Position numbers and translations under genes: made by a program. A DNA stretch of 30,045 nt from a virus. The stretch lies in the IMG/VR virus record IMGVR_UViG_3300031420_000498, one strand, 5' to 3'. The notes beneath the pieces were generated by a model. The model searched no databases. It had not been told where the DNA came from and worked only from the letters and a program-made list of their open reading frames with translations. Below, piece after piece: positions 1-9,004 of this stretch. Positions within the stretch are counted from its first letter, which is position 1; each line of letters starts with the position of its first letter.

Positions 1-2
1 TC

Positions 3-176
3 CGAGGGACCTGGGTCTCCGATGAGGATGAGACCTTCCACGAGCGCATGATTCCGGTTCGGATCATGTGCACCGAAGAGGAGATCCTCGAGATTGCCCA
101 CATGACCAAGAGCTACTACGATCAGCTCGCAGTGATGGTCTACATGATCTCTGCGGATGTCCGGATCATCGACTGA
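3..176 (+). CDS. 5'-truncated hypothetical protein (phage-type, ERMIPVRI motif)
   Basis: Open frame from the window edge to TGA 174-176, reading RGTWVSDEDETFHERMIPVRIMCTEEEILEIAHMTKSYYDQLAVMVYMISADVRIID; high-GC3 codon usage. Confidence 0.75.
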   Translation, partial: RGTWVSDEDETFHERMIPVRIMCTEEEILEIAHMTKSYYDQLAVMVYMISADVRIID

Positions 177-235
177 TCATAGCACTACCTAGCAGGTCAT
201 AGGTTACCCCCTAACCACCGAAGGATAGCTTTCCC

Positions 236-820
236 ATGAGTACAACCATCGAAAGCAGCAAGAGGCTCGCTGAGCCTCTCACCGAAGGCTCCATCCCCAA
301 GGTTCGGGGCCACTCCAAGGAGTTCTGGTGGCAGCTGCGAGCATCAGGCATCGTGCTGGCCTCTGTTATCCTGATCTCCTACCTCTGGGATCTCTTCGGT
401 CTTCCCGAATTCGGCCCCGAGGGCAACAGACATCAGTGGATCTTCCCCGTCGTAGTTGTCGGAATCCTTTTCTCGGTACAGAACTTCTTCAACGCCTTCC
501 GAGATGAGTCGCCGAGACGGCGGAAGCTTCGACTGGATGCCGAGCTCGCTGCTTTCGAGCGAGAGGTCTTCCCGTTCCTGGAAGCTGAACTCAAGAAGGT
601 CGATCGGAAGGGTGACTACTATGGCCCTCTGACAATGCCACCCCTCGACTGGACAGCTGAACGGATGCTCAGGGACGAGAAGGAAGGTGCCTCGTGGGCT
701 GCCCGCTATCGGGATGGCCAGGGCACCAGCCATTTCAAGTTCACACTGGAGAACGGTGGCCGCGAAGTTCACTTCCGGGCTGAGATTCCGGGTGAAATAG
801 AAACCAAGAACGGTGTATGA
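236..820 (+). CDS. Membrane protein, 2 predicted TM helices
   Basis: GAAGGA RBS; hydrophobic segments IVLASVILISYLW and WIFPVVVVGILFSV. Confidence 0.75.
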   Translation: MSTTIESSKRLAEPLTEGSIPKVRGHSKEFWWQLRASGIVLASVILISYLWDLFGLPEFGPEGNRHQWIFPVVVVGILFSVQNFFNAFRDESPRRRKLRLDAELAAFEREVFPFLEAELKKVDRKGDYYGPLTMPPLDWTAERMLRDEKEGASWAARYRDGQGTSHFKFTLENGGREVHFRAEIPGEIETKNGV

Positions 821-829
821 TCAGTTTCC

Positions 830-1168
830 ATGAGCAACTCACAGCAGGCTGAACAGCAGCCCGAGATCGATCTCCTCGACGATGACCATGTTCAGAAGGC
901 ACTCACAGAGGCAGAGGAACACCTCTGGACGCTCATCGAGGCCCGCAACATGGATGACTCGCCGCGGATCTGGATCGCCTTCACCACGCTCCGGGCCGTG
1001 CGGATGCTCTCCAAGAGCTCGAACGGGATTCCGGGGCTCCGAGGCCTGGGGCTCAAGGAAGCACTGGAGCTCGCCGAGTCCATCAACGAACACAAGCCCC
1101 AGAGCGACCGGGAGCTCTCCATCCACAGCTACAAGTCCATCGCTGCAGGCATCGCTGTCGGCCGCTGA
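830..1168 (+). CDS. Protein with ribosomal L7/L12 C-terminal-like motif
   Basis: IAFTTLRAVRML...GLGLKEALELAESI resembles the bL12 CTD signature (IKAVRELTGLGLKEAKDLVE). Confidence 0.55.
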   Translation: MSNSQQAEQQPEIDLLDDDHVQKALTEAEEHLWTLIEARNMDDSPRIWIAFTTLRAVRMLSKSSNGIPGLRGLGLKEALELAESINEHKPQSDRELSIHSYKSIAAGIAVGR

Positions 1169-1188
1169 CCACAGAAAAGAGAAGACCC

Positions 1189-1590
1189 ATGGGAATCACG
1201 GATCCGATTCACTTCGAAGTCAAAGCTCTGCACATCGAGCTCCTCAAGCGCATCAACTTTCAGGAAGGCGAGGGTGTCCCTGAGGTAAGCGCCAAGCGAC
1301 CCTATGGCAACAGCGATGTGCTCGGAGATCTCCAGGAGATCTATAGCGCAACTGCTGGCCACGAGGTTCTGAGGCTTGAGGATGGTGGCACCATCGTTCT
1401 TCAGGGTGACCGGGTGATCTCCCGCGGTGACGGCACGGGCCATGCCGAAGATGACACTGAGGCCATGCTCTGGGGGTTCCACCGTCAGATGACCACCGTG
1501 CTGGAAATCCTTGTGGACAACCTCGGCATCCAGGAAGGTACTTACAGCTGTGTGCCCTTCGGTGGAAAGTGGATCCTCCGAGAGGACTGA
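1189..1590 (+). CDS. Hypothetical protein (KRPYGNSD family), paralog of 5814-6197
   Basis: Purine-rich RBS; shares F-E-x-K-x-x-H-x-E-L-L, PYG, EIY, LWxxHR and TVLEI with 5814-6197. Confidence 0.8.
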   Translation: MGITDPIHFEVKALHIELLKRINFQEGEGVPEVSAKRPYGNSDVLGDLQEIYSATAGHEVLRLEDGGTIVLQGDRVISRGDGTGHAEDDTEAMLWGFHRQMTTVLEILVDNLGIQEGTYSCVPFGGKWILRED

Positions 1591-1612
1591 GCACACTGCG
1601 CTGAGCGAGGGG

Positions 1613-1641
1613 TTGCGCGGTGATCCTTTCGGATGTATGGT
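1613..1641 (+). promoter_or_regulatory. sigA-type promoter
   Basis: TTGCGC-17nt-TATGGT upstream of the ATG at 1674. Confidence 0.6.
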
Positions 1642-1673
1642 GGTCTCACACCACACCACAGCCGGAGGAAATC

Positions 1674-1883
1674 ATGGCCATCACCACCACTTCGCTCTTC
1701 ACCATCCGCACGCTCACCGAGGACGGCGAGTTCGGCTCCCAGACCGAGCCCATGGACGAGTCCGAGGCCCTGGCGACCTTCGATGACACCGTGGAGAACT
1801 CCGGTGAGTCCATCTTCGTTCAGATGATCGGCGAGGACGGCACCGTCGCCAACGAGTCCCGCGGAGAGGTCGCTGAGTACTGA
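1674..1883 (+). CDS. Small acidic protein (69 aa)
   Basis: GGAGG RBS before ATG 1674; very Asp/Glu-rich; similar to 4810-5007. Confidence 0.8.
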   Translation: MAITTTSLFTIRTLTEDGEFGSQTEPMDESEALATFDDTVENSGESIFVQMIGEDGTVANESRGEVAEY

Positions 1884-1899
1884 GCCTCATCGAACTTCC

Positions 1900-1948
1900 A
1901 GCAGAGGGGAAGCTGTCCACTAAGGATGGCCTCCCCTCTGCTATTCTT
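1900..1948 (+). terminator. Intrinsic terminator
   Basis: AGCAGAGGGGA...TCCCCTCTGCT hairpin followed by ATTCTT. Confidence 0.7.
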
Positions 1949-2005
1949 CGTTAGAACTGAATTTCAGACAACCGGCTAAATCCTTCGGCATCTGGAGATT
2001 CGATC

Positions 2006-2842
2006 ATGGCAGAGCGCTTCCACTTCAACCCTGAGACAGGTCGCACAGGCAAGTGCGGTTCGGATCCCTCCAATCCTCGGGCTCGCGGGTGCCGCTTCGG
2101 TCAGTCCGATGCGCAGCACGGCGCAACTCGAGAAGAGGCCAAGGCCAACTACGAGACCAAGATGGCTCCGGAGCTCTTCGCCAACACTCAGGCTCGAACA
2201 CAGCCTGTCGAGCGTGCTCGCTACATCGACATCGGCTCCAACGAGTATGTCAGCCAGCTGCGCTACGACGGCAAGGTCTACAAGACCAAGGGCGCCGACG
2301 GCAAGGATCGCTACATCCGAGCCATCAAGAACCCCCTTGGAACACCGATCGTGTCAAGCATCACCTGGGACAAGGAAGTCACCGGAAGCGCTGATGCCTA
2401 CATCGCAGTAGAGGTCAAGGACCCCCTGGACCCCTCGCTCACAGGACAGCGCTCGATCATCGAGGGATCGGAGATGGAGGCAAGATACAGCAGCATCTCC
2501 CGGGAGGATGTGGCCGCCGCACTGAAGAAGGTCCAGGCCGACAGGGAGGCTGCGACCCCTCGGAACGAGGTTCCCGAGGGCGGCTACAAGCGCTTCAGCC
2601 ACCGGGAGCTCGACGGAGAGGACTGGGAGCTCCAGGATGAAACTCGCTACAGCGCCGCAGACCTCATTCGGCTTCGTCAGATCGACAGTGCTGCCATCGA
2701 CCTTGCCGAGAAGGAAGACGGAGGCTGGGTCACCGTGAAGGTTCCCAGCGCCTCCGAAGTCAGCATCTCTGTGGAGCTCGCTCGCCGGGAGCTCGAAAAG
2801 GTCGAGGACGAGAACCGGAACAGGCTCAGGCGTTTCTTCTGA
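2006..2842 (+). CDS. Hypothetical protein with N-terminal H-C-C-H (putative Zn-binding) module
   Basis: GGAG RBS; N-terminus FHFNPETGRTGKC...GCRFG...QH. Confidence 0.75.
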   Translation: MAERFHFNPETGRTGKCGSDPSNPRARGCRFGQSDAQHGATREEAKANYETKMAPELFANTQARTQPVERARYIDIGSNEYVSQLRYDGKVYKTKGADGKDRYIRAIKNPLGTPIVSSITWDKEVTGSADAYIAVEVKDPLDPSLTGQRSIIEGSEMEARYSSISREDVAAALKKVQADREAATPRNEVPEGGYKRFSHRELDGEDWELQDETRYSAADLIRLRQIDSAAIDLAEKEDGGWVTVKVPSASEVSISVELARRELEKVEDENRNRLRRFF

Positions 2843-2870
2843 CCGAAGCCTTCGAATGCCGGCCGGAGAG

Positions 2871-2900
2871 TTGACAGGAGCTCTCTGGCCGGTATAGGAT
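2871..2900 (+). promoter_or_regulatory. sigA-type promoter, leaderless mRNA
   Basis: TTGACA-18nt-TAGGAT; ATG 6 nt downstream at 2907. Confidence 0.75.
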
Positions 2901-2906
2901 CGATCC

Positions 2907-3221
2907 ATGACCAGCATGAGAACCATCGCCCGCACCATCGAAGAGGGAACCATCGTCGTCGAGTACGGCCCCGTCCGGCCGACCCACGAGAATCGTCTCC
3001 TCACCGCCCTGACCGAGTTCAACGAGGCCGGCCTCGTGGTTGAGAGCTCCTTCGAGACCGGTAAGTTCACCGTTTGCATCGAGCTCATCCCCGGGCTCAA
3101 TGACGCGATCATCGAAGAGGGCATCAAGAACACCCTCAAGGAGGTCTACGGTGAGGTCGCGGTGGCCAAAGCCCACATCGCGGTGAGCTTCGACTACTAC
3201 GATGAGGAGCTCGAGGACTAG
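2907..3221 (+). CDS. Small acidic hypothetical protein
   Basis: Leaderless start after the promoter; high-GC3 codons. Confidence 0.8.
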   Translation: MTSMRTIARTIEEGTIVVEYGPVRPTHENRLLTALTEFNEAGLVVESSFETGKFTVCIELIPGLNDAIIEEGIKNTLKEVYGEVAVAKAHIAVSFDYYDEELED

Positions 3222-3284
3222 AACCTCCGGCCCAGCTCCACTTCGCTTCACCTACCACTCAAATCGCAAAGAACGGCAATCACC

Positions 3285-3722
3285 ATGGTGGATCTCTTCC
3301 GGGACCTCGGCTTCGACCCAGAATCGGATGAGGTCCACCAGGCCCGTTTGGCAGCAGCTGCTGAAACTGCCTACCGGATCATCCAGCTCCAGGATGAGGC
3401 AACTCGACGCTATCGGCTCGCGGGTACCTGGGGAACCAAGGAGCGGATCATCGCGGAGATCGCAGACTTCTCCCGATCCTACCCGCCGCCCTACTCCCTG
3501 GCTCCCAATCTTCAGCTCGCGTCGGCCGCTCTGGCTGACTTCGATGCCCTCTGGGAGGAGAAGAGCGATGCCCTCTCGGATGTGGGATTGCCACCGACGG
3601 CGACACTCCAGGAGCTCATCGACCACCACCGGGCAAATGCCAAGCTCGCTGGAGCAATGGAAGCGATGGCCGCCGGATACCGGTCAGGAAACACCCCAGA
3701 GGATCCCCAGGCTGGCTCCTGA
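3285..3722 (+). CDS. Hypothetical helical protein
   Basis: ORF with typical codon bias that tiles between its neighbours. Confidence 0.7.
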   Translation: MVDLFRDLGFDPESDEVHQARLAAAAETAYRIIQLQDEATRRYRLAGTWGTKERIIAEIADFSRSYPPPYSLAPNLQLASAALADFDALWEEKSDALSDVGLPPTATLQELIDHHRANAKLAGAMEAMAAGYRSGNTPEDPQAGS

Positions 3723-3809
3723 GCACCGCGGATCACCGGGACCGATCGATGTGTGCTCCCTGATTCCCGAGGGCTGAGAACAGCTCTCAGCATCTCTTTC
3801 GAAGGAATG

Positions 3810-3838
3810 TTGCTCCGCCGAGCCTTTCGATGTACGAT
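3810..3838 (+). promoter_or_regulatory. sigA-type promoter, leaderless mRNA
   Basis: TTGCTC-17nt-TACGAT; ATG at 3845. Confidence 0.65.
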
Positions 3839-3844
3839 CTTCCC

Positions 3845-4225
3845 ATGGCAACCAACGACCTCCTCCAGAAGATCTCCGCTGCAGTCGCTGACTACCGTCG
3901 GATGAACCCGGGGTCGACCGAGCTCCCCGCCGAGCTCGCCCTGGCCGTGGAAGCTGGTTTCGAGCTCAACGACCTCCTCGAGAGCTTCGATGGCGAGATC
4001 GTGGACGCCGAAATCCTTACCGACGAGGAGTCCGCAGCCTTTGATGCTCGGATCTCTGCTCCCCGGGCGAGCTTCTCCACAGGTCGCCGCCAGACCGGAT
4101 TCTACGACCGGAGCTACTTCACGCTTCCCACCACTCCCGCCAAGGAGGGTCCCTACCTCAGCCGTGCCATCATCGAGGGTCAGATGGCTCAGCGCAACGG
4201 CATCCTCATCAACGCCATGGCGTAG
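3845..4225 (+). CDS. Hypothetical protein
   Basis: Start moved to 3845 (6 nt after the -10 box); strong codon bias. Confidence 0.8.
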   Translation: MATNDLLQKISAAVADYRRMNPGSTELPAELALAVEAGFELNDLLESFDGEIVDAEILTDEESAAFDARISAPRASFSTGRRQTGFYDRSYFTLPTTPAKEGPYLSRAIIEGQMAQRNGILINAMA

Positions 4226-4289
4226 TCCAGATGCAAGAGCCACGCTCCAGCTAGAATTTTCGCTCGAGATCGAATCCGAAGGAACAGCC

Positions 4290-4745
4290 ATGAGAGTCTT
4301 CCAGTACATCATCGAGGGCAGCCACCATGCCCGGGAAGGCTGGGCCGTTGAGATCAGCCCCGGAGACTACCGGGATACCTACTGGAGTTCAGATCGACCG
4401 AAGCTCAATGCCCAGGAGATCGAGAGCCTGAAGTTCCAGTTCGACACGGACGACTTCGAACAGATCTCCGGCAACTACGGGAGCGGCGTCCCTCCGATCT
4501 GGCGGGAATACGCCAGCGAAGATCGTGGTCGGATTCCCTCTCAGAACGGACTGAGGACGAGCTGGTGGCTTCGCAGGGGAGCTGGCCCCGACCTCGACAC
4601 TCAGATCAGGGCTCAGAGAGAAACGCTCGAGGGCGCACGCCAGGATCTGAGAGCAGTTCAGGCCCGCTTCGATGGAGCACAGGAGAAGCTCACTGAGCTC
4701 CTCGTCCAGCGCGATGAGCGAGGAGCAGCTGACGAGCCGAAGTAG
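4290..4745 (+). CDS. Hypothetical protein with C-terminal coiled coil
   Basis: GAAGGA RBS before ATG 4290; heptad-like C-terminus. Confidence 0.75.
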   Translation: MRVFQYIIEGSHHAREGWAVEISPGDYRDTYWSSDRPKLNAQEIESLKFQFDTDDFEQISGNYGSGVPPIWREYASEDRGRIPSQNGLRTSWWLRRGAGPDLDTQIRAQRETLEGARQDLRAVQARFDGAQEKLTELLVQRDERGAADEPK

Positions 4746-4773
4746 GCCGTAGATAGCAAACTGGCCCGGGGTG

Positions 4774-4802
4774 TTGCTCCGGGCCAGTTTGCGGTGTATA
4801 GT
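4774..4802 (+). promoter_or_regulatory. sigA-type promoter overlapped by a 16-bp inverted repeat
   Basis: TTGCTC-17nt-TATAGT; inverted repeat 4756-4792; ATG at 4810. Confidence 0.75.
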
Positions 4803-4809
4803 GGCACTC

Positions 4810-5007
4810 ATGGACACCACCACCGATCGCTACATGATTCGCTTCTCCAAGAACGGCGAGTTCCTCGACGAGGACCGGGACTTCGCGGATAGCGCTTGCT
4901 TCGACTGGTTCGACCAGTCCGTGCAGACCGCCGAGGTCGGTGAGACCATCGAGCTCGTGGACCTCGAGTCCGGCGTGGTCCTCGAGACCGTGACCAAGAC
5001 CGGCTGA
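4810..5007 (+). CDS. Small acidic protein (65 aa)
   Basis: Leaderless; similar to 1674-1883. Confidence 0.8.
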   Translation: MDTTTDRYMIRFSKNGEFLDEDRDFADSACFDWFDQSVQTAEVGETIELVDLESGVVLETVTKTG

Positions 5008-5084
5008 GCAGTGCTGCTCACGCTTCGATAGTTGGCAGAATCCAAAGACAGACTTTCCACAAACTTCAGCTAAGGAAAACCACC

Positions 5085-5738
5085 ATGGCAGCGTCACAGC
5101 ACCGGAAGCTCGGCGAGCTCCTCCCCGTCCCCTCGGGGAACTTCATCGTCCTCGACTTCGAGGCTACCTGCTCCAACCCGGGCAACTCCATCCAGGTTCC
5201 CCGAGGCGAGATGGAGATCATCGAGATCGGCGCCCTGGCCGTCTCACCGGAGCTCGAGGTCCTCGGCGAGTTCCCGCGCTTCGTCCGCCCCGTGCGGAAC
5301 CCCGTTCTTTCGGAGTTCGCCACCGAGCTCACCACCATCACCCAGGCCGAGGTCGACGGCGCAGAGGACTTCCCCACCGTGGCAGCAGAGCTCGCACTCT
5401 GGGCAGCTGAGCACGAGATCTCCTGGTGGGGATCCTGGGGTAAGTACGACCGCAACCAGCTCACCCAGGATGTGCGCTTCCACCGGGTTCCGGACCCGCT
5501 TCCCCAGGAGCACTTCAACATCAAGGAAGCCTTCAGCGCCCGGCAGAACATCAAGCGCCGGCTCGGGCTCGGAGGAGCGGTGAAGATGGCCGGACTCGAC
5601 TTCGCTGGCACCGCCCACCGGGCCATCGATGACACCCGGAACATCGCTCGAATCCTGCCCTTCGTCCTCGGAGAGGCTGCCGTGAAGAACCCCGCGGGCT
5701 TCTCGAAGGACTCCATCGAAGAGGGCCGTGTAGCCTGA
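5085..5738 (+). CDS. DEDDh 3'-5' exonuclease, ERI-1/KapD-like
   Basis: ExoI VLDFEATC, EIIEIGA, ExoII WGKYDRNQL, ExoIII HRAIDDTRN; LTTITQAEVD segment. Confidence 0.9.
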   Translation: MAASQHRKLGELLPVPSGNFIVLDFEATCSNPGNSIQVPRGEMEIIEIGALAVSPELEVLGEFPRFVRPVRNPVLSEFATELTTITQAEVDGAEDFPTVAAELALWAAEHEISWWGSWGKYDRNQLTQDVRFHRVPDPLPQEHFNIKEAFSARQNIKRRLGLGGAVKMAGLDFAGTAHRAIDDTRNIARILPFVLGEAAVKNPAGFSKDSIEEGRVA

Positions 5739-5813
5739 GCCTAGAGCCCAACTAGCCCTGCCCGAGTCTTCCACAGCCTACATCTTCTAGCACCTCCGAA
5801 AGGAAATCGCCTC

Positions 5814-6197
5814 ATGGCCTCATCGACCTTCGAACTCAAGGAGTTCCACCTGGAACTCCTCAGGGAGCTGCGCTTCCAGTGGAACGAACAGGAGCTCGCT
5901 CCGCAGGTCAAGGAGGGCGATCCCTACGGCCCGGCCCACAACGACTCTCTGGCCTCAGTCTACGAGATCTACGCCCGGTTCGAGGGCTACGAACTCCTCA
6001 CCAACGAGCTGGGCGAGTCGAGCTTCGTGGCAAAGGATGGCCAGGTCATCGACGCTGAGGACATCGCTGATGAGCTCTGGCGCTACCACAGGGATCTCCC
6101 CACGGTGCTCGAGATCGTCACCAGTGACCCTCTCCGCGGCGTGACCTTCGGAAACTACCAGCGCGGCAACGGCGGCCGGTGGGAGCCGATCCGATGA
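5814..6197 (+). CDS. Hypothetical protein, paralog of 1189-1590
   Basis: GAAAGGA RBS; shared motifs with 1189-1590. Confidence 0.8.
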   Translation: MASSTFELKEFHLELLRELRFQWNEQELAPQVKEGDPYGPAHNDSLASVYEIYARFEGYELLTNELGESSFVAKDGQVIDAEDIADELWRYHRDLPTVLEIVTSDPLRGVTFGNYQRGNGGRWEPIR

Positions 6198-6706
6198 TTC
6201 AGGTTGGAACAGCAGACCAGAGCTCCGGTAGCTCCCTGGAAACCATAGTTGAGCTCCACGAGCAGTTGAGCTTCCACATCGGAGCCATCATCTCCCTGGA
6301 GATCGACCTCCAGAGGGAACGCAGGTTGAAGGAAAAGATCAGCGACATCCAGGGCCAGATCTACGGAGCCAACGGAGGGCTCATCGCCAAGCGCACGGTG
6401 ACCACCGGCCGGCTTGAGCGAGTTAAGCTCACAGAGGGAAAGCCCGGTAGCCTTAGCTTTGGCTACTGCTTCGAGGGAGACTCTGCGATCCGGGAGGATC
6501 TCTACCTCGACAGTGCTCGAGTCAAGGTTCTCCTCGACGGTTCCTGGAAGCTCATCCACGAACCGGAGTCCTGGCGGGCGGCCGAGGAAGAGGATGCCAC
6601 AGCGGCTGAGCTCAAGAGGCTTGCGATCACGCCTCTGAGCCAGTGGACCGAGGACGAGCGCCAGCGCTACGGAAAGCCCTCAGCCCTGGGTGTTCCCTTC
6701 GGCTGA
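6194..6706 (+). CDS. Hypothetical protein, dispersed member of the 22.8-25.5 kb paralog family
   Basis: ATGA overlap; ELHEQLSFHIGAIISL and RVKVLLDGSWKLIH match 22839-23132. Confidence 0.75.
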   Translation: MIQVGTADQSSGSSLETIVELHEQLSFHIGAIISLEIDLQRERRLKEKISDIQGQIYGANGGLIAKRTVTTGRLERVKLTEGKPGSLSFGYCFEGDSAIREDLYLDSARVKVLLDGSWKLIHEPESWRAAEEEDATAAELKRLAITPLSQWTEDERQRYGKPSALGVPFG

Positions 6707-6787
6707 GACCGACGGTACTCGGTATTTAGCGTTTAAAATTCAAATCTTAGATTTCAAATTCAAAATTCTGATGTGAGGAATACTAAC

Positions 6788-7096
6788 ATGCAGGACATCA
6801 CTTCTGCCCGACCTCGGCTCTTCGGCGAAGAGAGCGAGGAGCTCTTCCTGAACATCCTGGCAAGCCACGAGGGCAACCTCTACTCCACTCAGATCAGGGA
6901 AGCAGCCAGTGGCTCAGAGAGCGACGGCGGAGGCCAGACGCTCGGAGGAGCCGTGAACAGCGCGCTGGAATGGGCAGGAGTTGCAGACTTCAGAGTCTCC
7001 GTCCACGGCTCCGCAGAGTCCATCCGCAGCGAACTTCGGGCAGCCAACGACAGCGTAGACTTCGACTTCGTGGTCAGGCTCTTCACAGACTTCTAA
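6788..7096 (+). CDS. Small acidic hypothetical protein
   Basis: GAGGA RBS before ATG 6788; preceded by an AT-rich tract. Confidence 0.7.
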   Translation: MQDITSARPRLFGEESEELFLNILASHEGNLYSTQIREAASGSESDGGGQTLGGAVNSALEWAGVADFRVSVHGSAESIRSELRAANDSVDFDFVVRLFTDF

Positions 7097-7120
7097 TCAG
7101 CAACCACCAAGGAGAACACC

Positions 7121-7507
7121 ATGGGGCTCAGATCGAGCATCCTCACATTCGAGTCCGAATCGCTCAGGCTGGTTCCGGGCGTAACTGAGACGGCGCTCTT
7201 CAGCGCAATCGATCAGATCGGACCGGATTTCAGCGAGGAGCTGCGCTACTTCTTTGACCTTGAGATCGAAGACGACGAGCTTTCGATGACGACCACCGGA
7301 GAGAGTGGCAAGGGCTACGATCTCGTCGAAGCCCTCGAGGGACTCGTCGCCTTACTCCGAACGCTGTCCGCAGATGAGGATCGGGGATTCCGATTCCGCT
7401 TCGAGATCCTCGGCGAAACCGGCGACTGGAGGCTCATCCAAAGCGACGGTAGAAGGCTCTGGGTCATCCCCGGTGTGGTGAGCTACCCCGGTGCTCCTAG
7501 CTGGTGA
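7121..7507 (+). CDS. Acidic hypothetical protein
   Basis: AAGGAG RBS. Confidence 0.75.
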   Translation: MGLRSSILTFESESLRLVPGVTETALFSAIDQIGPDFSEELRYFFDLEIEDDELSMTTTGESGKGYDLVEALEGLVALLRTLSADEDRGFRFRFEILGETGDWRLIQSDGRRLWVIPGVVSYPGAPSW

Positions 7508-7577
7508 TCTCCGGGAGGCTGCAACAGTGCAGTTGATAGTAGGTCTGCTCGCATAGCACCTACATAGGAGAATCATC

Positions 7578-8543
7578 TTGGTTCCAAAGCGCAGGCAGTT
7601 TCGCAGGATCGCGGCAGTAGCTCTAGCCCTAGGCGCTGTGGGCTGTGCGATAGCTCCAGCAGCCTCAGCAGTAGACTACCAGCCCAACTTCGGTGTCAAG
7701 TCCGTCTACACGGATACTCCTTCTATAGTCGGATTCAGAGGATACTTCCACTCGTCGGGCAGCACCCCTGGAGGCAGTGGATCCCCCAGTGATCCTACGC
7801 CGGGGACTGGATCCGGAGGCGACGGCACCGATCCAGGGACGGGAACTCCAGGGACCGATCCGGGCACGGGAAATCCAGGGACCGATCCCAGCGGTGAACC
7901 CTACACCCCTGGAAGCTGTACTCTCACGAGCACGATCAGCAGCGACTTCACCCAGACCGGAACCATGGACGGCACCAACTACCTGAGCCCCCGGGAGTTC
8001 GGATCGACCTCGAGCGACAATCCCTACGGCTACTCCAAGTGGATCGATCATGCGATGGCTTCAGATGCTGTCATCACTGTCGGACAACCGAAGGTCTTCC
8101 TCCCCGATGTGCAGGTAGACACCTATGATCCAGCCACCAACAGCTACGCTGAAACCCAGAGCTACCAGAATGTGAGCTTCGATGAGTTCGATCCCTACAT
8201 CGGTAGCGCTAAGGCCGTTCCAGCAGGCACGATCAATCCCGCTAAGTTCCCCTCCTTCTATAAGGGAGAGAAGAGAGCTGCGGCCAACTTCGGCTCCATT
8301 CAGATCTCGGGGATGGATACGAGTAAGGTTCCTGATCTAGTCAACAGCCCCTCCTTCTGGGCCAAGGTCAATGCTCCATTCCCCTCGGATAGCCCAGCTC
8401 CCGGGGACAAGCAGTACTCGGTGAACAGCAACCTCATGGTGGTCGACTACCCAGTCAGCGTCCAGTGGCCAGCTGGCTCTGAGTACGCAGGCTGCTCAAC
8501 CACAACCGACGCGGCCTACACCTTCGCCTTTGGAGCAGCCTGA
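7578..8543 (+). CDS. Secreted protein with Gly/Thr/Pro linker
   Basis: AGGAG RBS, TTG start; Sec signal ending ASA; GTDPGTGxP repeats. Confidence 0.8.
   Translation: MVPKRRQFRRIAAVALALGAVGCAIAPAASAVDYQPNFGVKSVYTDTPSIVGFRGYFHSSGSTPGGSGSPSDPTPGTGSGGDGTDPGTGTPGTDPGTGNPGTDPSGEPYTPGSCTLTSTISSDFTQTGTMDGTNYLSPREFGSTSSDNPYGYSKWIDHAMASDAVITVGQPKVFLPDVQVDTYDPATNSYAETQSYQNVSFDEFDPYIGSAKAVPAGTINPAKFPSFYKGEKRAAANFGSIQISGMDTSKVPDLVNSPSFWAKVNAPFPSDSPAPGDKQYSVNSNLMVVDYPVSVQWPAGSEYAGCSTTTDAAYTFAFGAA
7824..7889 (+). repeat. 27-nt coding tandem repeat (about 2.5 copies, GTDPGTGxP)
   Basis: GGCACCGATCCAGGGACGGGAACTCCA / GGGACCGATCCGGGCACGGGAAATCCA / GGGACCGATCCC. Confidence 0.8.
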
Positions 8544-8584
8544 TCCAGTTGTGCTGAGGCCCGGCGGCGTGTAATGTTCGATCC

Positions 8585-9004
8585 ATGAACACGACTCGAA
8601 ACCGCCGGGCCTCAGTCATTGGAGCCATCGTCCTCGCCGCTGTGGTCGGCACAACCCTGGCAGGCTGCTCAGCAGAGCTCAGCCGCGAAGATGCGGAGGC
8701 ATCGACCCACAAGGTCATCGAGACCGACCGCAAGTTCTGGAGCGGAGAGAGCTGGGCCTATGTGGACGGCTCAGGCAAGAAGATCCCCCTTTCGAAGGAC
8801 TGCCAGGAGGGCTTCTTCTCTGAGCTCTGCCGGAGCTCCAAGAACGGGCTGATCAAGTTCCAGTACTCCAGCGGCAAGTACGGGATCAGCTCTGAGTCCA
8901 TCACCGTCGACGGTGTCAAATGGGAGGCAGACTGCACCCAGAAGCCCGGATTTTCTGGAGGCGACTATGTCTGCGCGCCCCTGGCAGATCGCCGGGACAA
9001 GTAG
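8585..9004 (+). CDS. Lipoprotein with 4-Cys extracellular domain
   Basis: Lipobox LAGC; leaderless after TTGTGC-17nt-TAATGT (8549-8577). Confidence 0.8.
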   Translation: MNTTRNRRASVIGAIVLAAVVGTTLAGCSAELSREDAEASTHKVIETDRKFWSGESWAYVDGSGKKIPLSKDCQEGFFSELCRSSKNGLIKFQYSSGKYGISSESITVDGVKWEADCTQKPGFSGGDYVCAPLADRRDK

